Position numbers and translations under genes: made by a program
Source of the DNA: Dimorphilus gyrociliatus
Taxonomy: Eukaryota; Animalia; Annelida
Assembly: GCA_904063045.1 (NCBI GenBank)
Contig: CAJFCJ010000122.1
Location: 1-33,864, forward strand
Direction: 5' to 3'
DNA length: 33,864 bases
Part shown: positions 1 to 11,981 of the stretch, piece by piece
How positions within the stretch are numbered: the stretch's first letter is position 1
How the letters are laid out: the number at the start of each line of letters is the position of its first letter
The notes under the pieces: generated by a model
The model's database searches: none
What the model saw: only the letters and a program-made list of their open reading frames with translations
What the model was told of the DNA's origin: nothing

Positions 1-2932
1 CAAAATAATCTTGACAAGAACAAGAAGAATTAAAAGAAATGATAAAGAATTATGAAGATATTATTGCTACAAATCAGAATGACATTGGTTCACCAGATGT
101 TCCACCAATGGCAATTGAATTATTGGAAGATATAAAGCCTTTCAAACAAGACCATACAGATTGCCACCCAACAAACAGCAGGAATGCAGGGATCAATTAA
201 ATGGATTATTGGAAAATGGTCTAATTAGAGCAAGCAAAAGCCAATGGGCTTCACCCATTGTTTTTGTGAAAAAGAAAGAAGGAACATTAAGAATGTGTGT
301 GGATTACAGAAAACTTAACAAGCAATCAAAAAGAATTGTTATCCAATCCACATCAGGAAGATTTATTTGATAAGCTTGGAGGAGGCCACAAATATTTTTC
401 TATATTGGATTTAACAAGTGCATTTCATCATATTCCAATTAAAGAAGAAGATAAGGAGAAAACTGCTTTTATTACACCATTTGGTTTATTTGAATTCAAC
501 CGCATGCCATTTGGTTTGGCAAATGCACCTTCACACTTCAGCTATATCATGGCAAATTTTGTTATTAATGGATTGGAAAACTTCTGCATTAATTATATGG
601 ATGATATTATAGTTTTTACCAAAACATTGGAAGAACACTTTGTAGCTCTACAGAAACTTATGGAAAGAATCAAGGAAAAAGACTTCAGAATTAAACTGAG
701 CAAATGTGCATTCTTACAAGAATCAGTTCAATTCCTTGGTCATAGAATTACACAGAATGGTATTGAAACTGATCCTGAAAAGATTCAAAAATAAAAGATG
801 CCAAATTACCTATGTTTGCAAATACTCTGTTGAGTTTTGTGGCATTTTGTGGTTATTATAGAAGATTTGTTAAAGATTTTGCAAAAATCACAAAACCTTT
901 GAGAGAATTATTAAAAGTACACCAAAAGACAGAAAAACTGAAATGGACAAAAAAAGCAGAGGAAGCTTATGAAACACTAAGGAATGCAATGACAGAGCCC
1001 CAATCCTTCAACTGCCAGACTTTACTAAATCATTCTATTTAACAACAGATGCTTCTAATTATGCAGTTGGTGCAGTTCTAGAACAAAGGGAAGAAGATGG
1101 AAAGAAAATAAGAAAACCAATTTCTTTTGCTTCCAAGCTCCTAATCAATACACAACTAAGATATGCAGCTTATCAAAAAGAGGCTTTTGCAGTATATTGG
1201 GCAGTACAAAAATTCTCCCATTATCTACAGTATAAGAAATTTTTTCTCTACACTGATCACCAAAATTTGGTACAAACATTTGTACAAAACAAACTGAATA
1301 CAAGTACTGTTAAATGGGTGATGGCACTTATGGATATGGATTTTGAAATAATATACATACCAGGAAGAACTAATAGAGCAGACTGGATATCAAGAATTGG
1401 TGAAACTGATGAAGTAATTGATTTTCGTAATTTACTTAAGGAAAGATTAAATGAAGAAAAACAAAATGGCAATACAGTTCCCCAATTAGCAGAAAGAAAG
1501 GATATGCTTAAATGCTTTTATATTGATACAGAGGACTTAGAAGAATTAGATGATTGTTTAGATGACAATCTAGACAATGATTATGATGAAGACATAACTG
1601 AAATCCAAGCCCAGATTATGAAACTAAAATCACACCAGTTGAAATAAACTTCTATAGAGAACAAGTATTAGATACTCCACTAATGAAAGTTGTAGACAAA
1701 TTGGAAGGAGAAAACATTGATAATGGGTCTTTGAATGAATATGGAAACTTTATTGAATCTATGTTTGTAAAAGAAGACCTTGTATGGTATCTAAATGGCT
1801 GTCAACCACTACTTGTAATTCCACTATCAACTCTAACCAACTTACTTGGACAAATTCATCAACATCAACTATTTGAGCACTATGGTGTAGACATAACAAT
1901 TCACACTTTGGAGCAAGCTTTCTGGCACCCAAAGCTAAAGAAAACAATTAAAGATCACATAAAGAGTTGTGAATTTTGTGAGCAATTAAGAGCACCAGGC
2001 AACAAACATCTGTTGGTTGAAACACCTCACCCAACTTTACCAATGCAAAGAATAGCTATGGACATAATGGGACCTCTGACTGGACATGATTCTTACAAGT
2101 ATATACTTGTCATTATAGACCACATGTCCAGATTTACCAACATATTCCCTCTAAAAACTCAAACAGCTGAGGAAATTTCTAAACATTTGTTTTTCAACTA
2201 TTTCCCAATATTTGGTATCCCAGAAGAAATTCTCACAGATCAAGGAAGGAATTTTCTTGGGGAAATCTTTACAGAAATGGTGACATCAATGGGAATACGA
2301 AAAATTAAAACAACAGCATTCCATAGCCAAAGTAATGGAATGGTAGAAAGAAAGAATTTGGAAATTCGTAGAGCACTACATAAACATGTAGTTATGGAAC
2401 AATTAACAGATTGGACAAGACAGTTACCATTAATTCAGACATGTTTAAATCAAATTCCAGTTGGAAGCACTGGCAAAACCCACATGAAATATTATTTGGA
2501 TTGAAGAATAGAAATGTTTTAGACCTGTTAATGGAAGTTCCAAGATTAGAACCAACAACAAAATTCTTATTTGATAGAAAACATGAACTTGAAGAAATTA
2601 GAGCAACAGCACTTTGCAAATCTGTTCTAAAAAAGAAGGAATATAGAGATAGAGTTAATAAAGCTATTACAAGAAAACCTCCAACTTACAAAATTGGTGA
2701 TTGGGTACACATAAGAAATGAAAACATTGGTCAAGGAATGAACAGAATAAATACAAGCAAATGGAGTGGACCATATCTTGTAACTGCTACAGATACTACA
2801 AAATGTTTGTATGAATTACAAATATTGGCAGATAAAAGAAAATTCTATCATGCTAGTAGACTAAGACTAGCTAACAAACAACCTATAACAGTTAACACAG
2901 TGACAGTAAGGAAACACCAAACAAATGGTGGA
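1..2932 (+). CDS. pol: Pol (RT, RNase H, integrase) of element A, frameshifted
   Basis: [27 protein letters not shown]; DLTSAFHHI; RMPFGL; YMDD (594-605); [13 protein letters not shown]; integrase HHCC (HQHQLFEH...CEFC); DDE core (AMDIMGP, ILTDQG, GMVERKN). Broken by several 1-nt frameshifts. Confidence 0.95.
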
Positions 2933-5358
2933 ATGCTTCCTATCAGAGGATCAATAATTTATACACTGTTAGCAATATGCTGTTTAAACTTGGTCCAAGC
3001 AAATGTATCCATAACAAAAGCAAACATAACTGTAAGAATGCTACCATCAGTACAGTTTTGTCAAGGACAACAAGTACACCAATCATTTGATTTAGCAGAT
3101 GAACCAGTATGTACCTTTGAAACTAAAACAATGATCAAAATTGTAGCTAACATCTATGAAATTAAAGCTGACAATTTGGCAATTTCAAGCTGTCAAGTGT
3201 TTAGTGAAAAGAAGAATCAATTCTACACTCATTACTTTTTTGGAGCAAAGAAACACAGAATTGAAAAACAAACACTTGCCTTAAGTGAAAAACAATGCAG
3301 AACAATGCTATACACACACAAAACCTTAAATGGACAAAACCTAATTGAAAAGGCAAACTTCTTATGTATAATGAAAACAAAGGACCAAATTACAAATGGC
3401 CAAGAACCACAGTGGTGGAAGAATTTACAACAATCCTTCAAATTGGCAAGGCTTATTGGAATCCAAGTCAAGATAAAATAACCACAAATTTGGAATATTT
3501 AGAAGACTGTTCTATTAAACAAAATTTTGTAGAACTTTGGATTCAATCATTATATTTAATCCAGAAAAAGGCCAAAGTCTTCTAGGCCATGTTTCACCAT
3601 GGAAAATAGTTTCCCATAATGTGGAATGTGTAAAACTTGGAGGATATTTTTCCTGGCCCCCAACTATGCAATAATGGATTTACCTTACCAAGACAGATAT
3701 ATCAAAGGATATGGTGGTCCTGGGTACCAGAGTATTGGTACCCCAGAAAGAATATGACTTACTTAGAACTGATCTTACAAATTCTAATTATGCTGACAAT
3801 AAAATAATAGAGGATACAAAATACAAGATCATTTCAAATAAAGAAGTTAATAGATTGGAGAAATATATTGGAAAGAAATCATCACTAAGAAAGGCCAATG
3901 TCACAGAAATACAGATATTTTAACATATAATGATTGGTATAGAGATGGTGACAAAACCTACCATATGCTGATAAAAAATCATGCAACACCATTAGTGAGG
4001 ACTTGGTTTGTCAAAGAAATTATTTCTCCAGACATCTGGGATATTCACAACAAATACATACTAAAAATGCTGAAAACACAAAGCTAAAACCTGCCAGACC
4101 AGTAAGATCACAAGATTTGAATTGGACAAAAAACCAGTTACTTTCAACCCACTCCCAACATGAACATTTGTATCAAAGCCCAAAAGATACACAATTTCAA
4201 ATTCATACAGAAAATGGCAAATATACACTTTTACAAAGAAAACCAATAAATCACAAATGGAAGAGGAAACAATTAGAAAACATAGAGATTCCAGAATCCA
4301 CCAAATAAATATAAAAGATGCTATAAGAACAGCTGCACTACTAAACAATATTGACAAAAATTTTCAAAAATTTACAAACAGTTTTTAAACAAGTTTCACA
4401 ACTTTTATGCAAAGAATTTATCATGAGAAACAAGATGATAGCCTACTTACACCACTATCACCTCAACTACCAACAATACTTGGATCTAAACATGGAACCC
4501 ATAGTACATGGTTAGGAGATCTAACAACCCTCAATACATGTACAGAATTAAAAACTGTTCAAGTAGTTTGTGACACAACAATTATAACAAAAAATGGATT
4601 ATGTTCAAAAGAATTTCTGATCAAATATAAAGATCTCCTATTCTCAATTGATCCAATACTTCATCATGCTTACCACATCACAAAAGAAGACATAAGATAT
4701 GGTACATGTGACCAAACTCAGCATCTCTTCAAGATCAAGAAAAATCCTTTGGATGCAGAACAAAATCAATATGCCATACATTCTGGCAAGAAGACATTTA
4801 TCTATTATACAAGGAAAGGATGCAGGTTCCAAACAGCAGCAGCACAATCAATCAGAATGAAAATCAACAGTCCAAATTGAAGAACCAAAACTAGAAGTTG
4901 TCAGACTCACAGAATTATTACAACTAGGTATAAAAGAAGATGTGGGCAAGAAACATTATCAGATACAACAAGTTTTGGAATACATACAGGATACTTTGAC
5001 TAAGCATAGAGAGCATATTAACTTTGCAAATGATTTAGGAATTGATGCAGCCTTGTCACCAACACAACATCTATTTTCTTCATGGATAAGAAAACCTTTC
5101 AAAATACTAATAGACACACTTCTGCCAATTATACTCTTGATTGGAATTGGATTCTTCATCTACTTTATTTGGAAGAAAAAACTGAAAAGAGTTCAATTTA
5201 CCAGACTGTCTAAACTACTGACAAAAACAAAAAGATTACCTTCAGCTCCAACAGCTGAATCAGAAGAAATAGAACTGCAAAATTATCCTATGTTCAGAAA
5301 AAGTGGTGATAACATAATTGTCACAAGTCCTAGACCTTTCGTGGAAGCAAGGTCTTAA
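2933..5358 (+). CDS. env: Envelope glycoprotein (class III / gB-like fusogen) of element A, frameshifted
   Basis: Signal-peptide-like MLPIRGSIIYTLLAICCLNLVQA at ATG 2933; Cys-containing ectodomain with FYTHYFFGAKK and YKWPRTT; C-terminal TM (LLPIILLIGIGFFIYFIW) and basic tail; collinear with element B env. Confidence 0.85.
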
Positions 5359-5368
5359 AGGAGTGGGA
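5357..5368 (+). promoter_or_regulatory. Polypurine tract of element A
   Basis: AAAGGAGTGGGA at the env stop, immediately followed by TG (5369). Confidence 0.7.
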
Positions 5369-5817
5369 TGTTTGTACACATACATTCGTCAGCTATATTC
5401 TACAATAGAGAAGTAGTATTGAACCAGTATTGTACTATGCAGATAGCACTGATAAAGATAAGCAGTAGTGACCTAGTTTCGCATAGGGCAGTGCATACAC
5501 ATTATGCAGTAATAAAACCTATTGAATTATATAAAGAATATTTGCTATTTGCAACCTAGCATTAATATTACAATTTATTAATCCATAAATTTATGATTTC
5601 GAACTAAAACTAGTTCAATTAATTATCAATTATGCTTAAATTCTAAGGTTAGATTATATTCACTATTCAACAGTATTGTATACACAATACTGTTCTTTTT
5701 AACATGCATTAATCAGATATACTTCCTCCTTATATGCTCATGCTAAATTTACTAACTCAATCAATTGAATATCATTATTAAGGTAGAATATAAAAACGGT
5801 CAAATATACAATCTACA
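5369..5817 (+). repeat. Probable 3' LTR of element A; end uncertain (CA at 5817, or AGTACA at 6307)
   Basis: Starts with TG directly after the PPT; TATA-like motifs; no second LTR in the window to fix the end. Confidence 0.5.
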
Positions 5818-6508
5818 TGTTTTCTTGATTGTTGGACTTGTCCTACTAAAATTGTTACATCTTATGCAACTCTCCAACCTTCGAAATTCAACTATTATTT
5901 AGAAGAGGAAAACAATAAAAACATGACCATATTTAGAACTTTTCTTTGTCTTCAAATGTTACTTTTGTTTTTGTGAACATTGAAATTTGTGAACTATCAA
6001 CCCTTAAAAGAGTATATAAACCCTACGAAATTAACAGTTGATAGTTCAGTTTTCTAACCGTCAGCTAGTTGTTTAAACTAGCTTGTTTAGAACTAGAAGC
6101 TCATTTTACTCAATACATATTCTTTGGACGAAATACTGGTGTTTTGTTAATCAATTTCTACCGAAATTGCCTTTGTTAGACTATTTGTGGACGAACTTTA
6201 AAGGTTCTATTTGGACCAGTACTTTGGCAAGTTGGTAAATGATTGGAAAGGACGATTACAGTTGTGACGAACCAGAAATTCCTACAATTACAATACAACA
6301 AAGTACAGTGCTTCTTTGTAGATTTTGAACAGGTAAATATTTAGAGCTTTTTAACTAGATTTTTGATGCAAAATATTACAATTTAATATATTTTCTTTAA
6401 TAACAAATTATTTCAATATTTGCAATAAACAAAATGTACGCCATTTTAAATATTTGGAAATGACAGTGATTTTTTAATAATCAAGTGAATTTGTTCTGTT
6501 GAAACAAC

Positions 6509-8085
6509 ATGGCTTCAAAATTCAACAATTGTGATTCAAAAATTTATGGAAGGCAAAAATATTTGAAATGCTGCCTTTGTGAGAATCTTATCCATAGAAA
6601 ATGTTCAGGTATATCAGTTTTCAATTATGATTTAGGCAACTATCTTTTTGTAACACATTGACATAGAAACACCTAGCATACCTGTTTGCACAATATGTAA
6701 CAAAAGAAAATGTACTGTTAGCCTTAAGAAGTTAACAAATCTGGAAATTGATCAATACAAAGAAAGTAATAAGAAGTACTTCAATGATAACAGAAATGAT
6801 CCTGCTGAGGTTAAAGATTCAACATTGGATTATGAAAGTCCTTGGCAATCAGAAAACCAATCAATGGATGTAGAAGGAACTGATGAAAATCTGGAAGAAG
6901 CATTGCTGAAAAAGTTCTATTATCATATGAACTTAATGCTAAATGTCTTCCTGATATCAATTACTTTAAAAGGATGGCAAACTCAAACAGACAAAAATTC
7001 AGGCCAGTTGAACCAAAAGTGTATAACTTCAACTTGAACACAACATTTTTACCTGATGAATTTCTCCAGAAAGACATTTGTGAAAATGGAGAAAGAATCT
7101 TAATTTTTACAACAAACCATCAGCTGAACTTATTATCCAAATCCAACTACTGGTATATTGATGGTACTTTCAAAATTGTTAAGGATCCATTTTATCAGCT
7201 AGTCACTGTTCATTCCTTTGTAAAAAAGAGTGGTGATATGAAGCAAGTCCCTCTTGTTTTCATTTTCTTAACATCAAAGCATACCAAAGCATATATCCAA
7301 GCATTTCAGGTGAATAATTTTTTTTTCTGTACAAGAATAATGATGAAATATAATTTTGCTTGCAGCATATCAACAATCTGATAAATGATGAACATCCCAA
7401 AAGAATTACAATGGATTTTGAAAAAGGACTATGGAAAGCATTAAAAAAAATACCCCATGACTGAATTTCAAAGTTGTGTGTTTCATTTCACACAAGCAGT
7501 TTATAGAAAAATACAGGTAAGTTATTTTTATCTAAAACATATTGTATATTGAATAACTTGAATTATTAAAAAGGCTCTTGGCTATGTGAAGAAATATAAG
7601 GAAAAAGGAGATGATTGGAAAGATTTCAGAAAATTGATGGTACTCCCTTTTTTGCCACCACATATTATTCAACCAACTTTTGACAGCATAAAGACAGATC
7701 TATTCAAAAAAAATAAGTTTTTAGATCTATTAGAATACTTCAAAACACACTGGATGGAAAACAAACTATGGAAAGTAAATAATTGGTCAGTTTTTGATTT
7801 ATCCATTAGAACCAATAATGACTGTGAGGGATGGCACCAAAGAATGAACAGTAAGCTACCTGCTAAAGGATCTTTTTACATGCTGGTTGATGAACTAAGA
7901 AAGAGGCTGAATTTATTGCAGTTTATGAGAAATCATTGTCAGAGAAAAGAGTTTTCAGATATCAAAAGAAAAAATATGTTGACATCCAAAAGAAAATTTT
8001 TAATTTGTGGGATGATTTCAAGTTGAGCAAATTGATATCAATTGATTTATTGATGCAGACATCTCATATCTACTCTCCAGCATAA
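6509..8085 (+). pseudogene. Mutator-family (MULE) transposase 1: N-terminal PHD-like exons, FLYWCH region deleted
   Basis: ATG 6509; spliced C..C/H..C/C..C motif (intron 6609-6666); WYIDGTFKIVKDPFYQL; MDFEKG; CVFHFTQAVYRKIQ; RTNNDCEGWH; introns starting 7310 and ~7517; frameshifts; stop 8083-8085. Confidence 0.88.
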
Positions 8086-8270
8086 ACATCATTTTTTAAC
8101 TTATCTTGTTCTTTAGTATTAGAATTTAGTGTTTGTTTAGCTGTTTAAATACATATCTTTCAGTTCATATTCAACTGTGTATTTACAATATCTAATCAAG
8201 TATAACATGTGTACACCTCTGGAACCAAACCATTTGATGAAAAATCAATAAATAAATGAAAGAGGAAAGA

Positions 8271-8339
8271 GGGTGTGAACGTAACTGGGTACATTCACAC
8301 CCACCTTGGGTATGTTCGAACCTGGGTATGTTTGCACCC
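8271..8339. repeat. Right terminal/subterminal repeat array of MULE 1
   Basis: Units GGGTACATTCACACCC, GGGTATGTTCGAACC, GGGTATGTTTGCACCC plus one inverted unit; ends in TGCACCC like MULE 2. Confidence 0.75.
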
Positions 8340-8344
8340 CTAAC

Positions 8345-8626
8345 CAATTTCAAATTCATACAGAAAATGGAAAATATACACTTTTACAAAGAAAACCAAT
8401 AAATCACAAATGGAAGAGGAAACAATTAGAAAACATAGAGATTCCAGAATCACACCAAATAAATATAAAAGATGCTATAAGAACAGCTGCACTGTTAAAC
8501 AATATTGACAAAAATTTTCAAAATTTACAAACAGTTTTTAAACAAGTTTCACAACTTTTATGCAAAGAATTTGTCATGAGAAACAAGATGATAGCCCTAC
8601 TTACACCACTATCACCTCAACTACCA
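8345..8626 (+). repeat. 282-bp env fragment of the element A family (homologous to 4192-4472)
   Basis: Direct alignment shows 4 substitutions and 3 single-base indels. Confidence 0.95.
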
Positions 8627-8632
8627 GTTTAT

Positions 8633-11333
8633 GGAGAAAACATCCACAGAGGAAAATATTCACAGGAGAAATGTCCACAGTGGAAAAAGTCTATAGGGGA
8701 AAATGGCCATGGAAATTAAAATTAATAATGTATGTACATTGTAGTGATAATAAAAATTATGCAATGTCAGGTTCTCCATTTTGTTGAGGAACTATTTCCT
8801 GTTTATGATTTCCTGTTTTTGTTCCATACAAAGGAGAGTTTGATTCAAATATTATCTGAAAAGGATATTTCACAAGTACAACACAATATCAAAAAAATTC
8901 AATACACCAGAATATCTCTTGATAATTCTTTTAAATTGAATCAGTTTAAGGTAAAACTTTAATTAATAAAATCTCTTTTAAAATATTTGAGCAGCCATTT
9001 TGGGATAACTTTCTCTTTTTACTGATAGATAATGGCATATTGCTACAATTGTAAGGAGAAAATGGTTGGAAGACAGCATGAAGCAAAGTGTCAACTATGT
9101 CACCATTGGGTAATAATTCACAAGAAATGCATGAAAAGTAGGTTAAATTCAATTTTATAGCATATATCATTTTTTAAATGATTGTATTAACAGAAAATAA
9201 TCTCTTTCTTTGCAATATTTGTGAAGATATTTCTAAGAGAACATGTTTGGTCACCTTACAACAGCTGTCTACTAGTCAAATCAAAACAGTGAACTCTGAA
9301 GTGGAAAAGGAAGTAGAGATGACATATGAAGTTTAAAATACTATGAATGATGTTGTTGGTAATGGTCCAGATATTTATGAAAATGAAAAAGAAAGTGATA
9401 GAAATATGAGAACAGATGTTGATGATAATGATGTTATTGTTGAAAACAACAGCACAGATCGAATGATTGGGTGTAACATTGAAATCACAACAGAAAATCA
9501 TTCACAGGATTCAAATAATTTGATGGAAACATCTTTCATAAATTCTCCAACATCAAAAAGAGTAGATATGGAGCCAACTTTCAAAATTCTGAAAGGAATG
9601 AGTCAAAAAGGTAAAGACCTATTAGCCTACGATGGTTATATGTTTACAATAAAGATGAAAAGGTCAACAAAAACATTTTGGACATGTAGTGTAAGGAATA
9701 AGAACAACAAATGCCCAGCAAGTGTCAATCAATTGGAAGATCAATTCTATCCTGGAAAAAAACCCCATTCCCATAAAAGAGAAGATGTACTGGAAAAGAA
9801 AATTTTAATTAAAAATGAAATTAAACAATTGTTTGAAATTGAAACTTTCTCTTCTGGAAAACACTTAGCTGAGGAAGTATTAAAACATCATTGTGATTGT
9901 GAAGAAGCTATTCCATCAATGGATAACTGTGCCAGGTTGGCAAATTGGACAAAATGAAGATTTCAGCCAGAAGAGCTGACAGATATTCACTCAAATTTTG
10001 AAATATCATTTATACCAGATGAATTTCTGGTAAAAGATATTAAAATGAAAGATGACAGAATAATAATTTTTTCAACTCCAAAACAAATTGAACTACTGTC
10101 TAAAGGAAAGATATAGTTTTTGGATGGAACATTTAAATGTGTCAGAGACCCATTTTACCAATTGTTCACAGTTCATGGGTTCATCAAAAAACATGGAGAA
10201 ATGAAACAAGTTCCATTACTGTTTGCATTTATGGGATCGAAGAAAAAGACAGCTTATAAGAAATTATTTCAGGTATACATACTTTTAATTTCAATTTTTT
10301 TAAGTATTAAAATTCTTAAAAAAAGTCCATAAAGGAGCTGACCAATCAACATTTCCCAATAAAATTTGTGGTGGATTTTGAAAAAGGTATCTGGAGAGCA
10401 TTGTCATCTGTTTATCCTGAGGTTATAATTAAAGGATGTGTCTTTCACTGGACCCAATCTGTATATAGGAAAATTCAGGTAACTTTTATCATCATCTGTT
10501 GCAAAAAAATTAAGAAATGTAATAATTTTAGGAATTGGGCTACTCTTGTGAATATAAGGCAAAAGGAGAGTGTTACCACTCAATGAAAAAAATAATGGCA
10601 TTACCATTTTTGCCATCAAACATCATTGAAAATGCATTCAAAAACATTGAACAGACAACCTCAACTCATTTAGGACCATTTATTGATTACATCAAGAACC
10701 AGTGGCTATATGGATATTACCCACCACATACCTGGTCAATATATGGTGAAGCAATCAGAACCAACTATGACCTGGAAGGATGGCACAATAGATTAAACAG
10801 GAATATCCATGCCAATTCTTCATTGTATGTTATCATTGATGAATTAAAGAGAGAAGCAGAGTTGATTAAATTGTACAAGAAATTATTAAGTGAGAAAAAG
10901 ATATGTAGACAACAGAGAAAGCCTTATCAGAAAATTCAAAGTCAGATTTTTGGCTTATGGGAGCAATTTGAGGTCAGATTAATATCTGCATCAGATTTAT
11001 TGGAAAAGGCAGCCAGCATTTATATTGCATCATAACTCATTCATTTAGCTTGTTACCATGTTATAAACTTAGTCTTTTATAATTTTTTTGCAGTTTGTTT
11101 TGTAGTTATTAGTTTTTGTTTTCAACATATCCAAATATCATAAATACAAATTATATATTTATTCTCTCAATTTTCCTTTTCATCTTAATTTCGAAAGGTT
11201 TTAAAAAGAAAAATTCTCTTTCACTATGGACATTTTCTCCTCAGTTGAGGATGTTTTCTCCTGTGGACGTTTTTTTCTTGTGGACATTTTCTCCTGTGGA
11301 TGTTTTCTCTTGTGGACGTTTTCTCCTGCACCC
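8633..11333 (+). mobile_element. MULE 2 (Phantom-like Mutator element); terminal bases of the left TIR missing
   Basis: Left array of GGAGAAAACATCCACA-like units (8633-~8712) is the inverse of right array TGTGGACGTTTTCTCC units (11227-11326); right end TGCACCC; internal transposase. Confidence 0.88.
9032..11035 (+). pseudogene. MULE 2 transposase: PHD finger + FLYWCH + MULE DDE domain, with nonsense mutations
   Basis: MAYCYNC..CQLC..HKKC / FLCNIC (intron 9138-9193); KGKDLLAYDGYMF...FWTCS...CPA...PHSH; DGTFKCVRDPFYQL; VDFEKG; CVFHWTQ; RTNYDLEGWH; introns 10273-10334 and 10479-10531; in-frame stops near 9335, 9955 and 10113. Confidence 0.9.
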
Positions 11334-11981
11334 CTTTATTTTGTTTCCTTCCACTTCCTATTTCTACAGACCTTCCTTTGCATTTGAATGGGTCATTTGC
11401 AATATCACATGACAGAAGGAATATTATAAGAGAAATTAAAGGAGATAAACATTTACTTGAACACGAATGGAATAGTTTACTCTTTAAAAAAGTAATTAGA
11501 ATCGCACTTGTAAATACCTTGTTTGAACTGAGAACAATCATTGAGGATGTTGATTGTAGATGGTACAGTCTATTCCCAACATTAAATACTTCTACTGATC
11601 AATTTATTGAAAAGCTCATTCAAAAATTTTATAAAGAAATAATTCAATCTTCAAACAATTGGTTTTTATATCAAATGGAATGGTACGAATCAAAAAATAT
11701 ACGATTCTTAAGTAAGGAACTGTACGAAATGCAACAGTTTGAAGGTATTGATATGCATTCTATTGCATTTGATCTTTTTCAATTGCCATTTCCTAAAATA
11801 CCTTTAAATGTACAAAATACTATTGAAAAATGTCAGGAAGAATTCTTCACTGAAAGAATAATTGATACTGAAACATTTTATTCAAAAATTGTTCAGTCAA
11901 GCGATTCAATTGATTGCAAACATTTTGATTTACTTATTCAAAATAGTCTTAAACTTTTCCATTCAAAGATAAGTTATATAT
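11334..11981 (+). pseudogene. Sacsin-like gene fragment (sacsin repeat region), cut by MULE 2 on the left and the LTR on the right
   Basis: Open frame LFCFLPLPISTDLPLHLNGSFAISHDRRNI...EWNSLL matches the sacsin motif FCFLPLP..TGLPVHvNG.F.....RR.....WN..L. Confidence 0.8.

Larger units (their letters stand above)
1..5817 (+). mobile_element. Ty3/Gypsy LTR retroelement with env (element A), 5' part outside the window; right boundary uncertain
   Basis: RT-RNaseH-IN order typical of Ty3/Gypsy, then an env ORF, a PPT, and TG-starting LTR-like sequence at 5369. Confidence 0.9.

Noticed and set aside
6243-6331. Short frame ending VDFEQ before a GT, resembling the MULE DFE motif
   Set aside because: No other MULE residues and out of order relative to MULE 1; probably chance.
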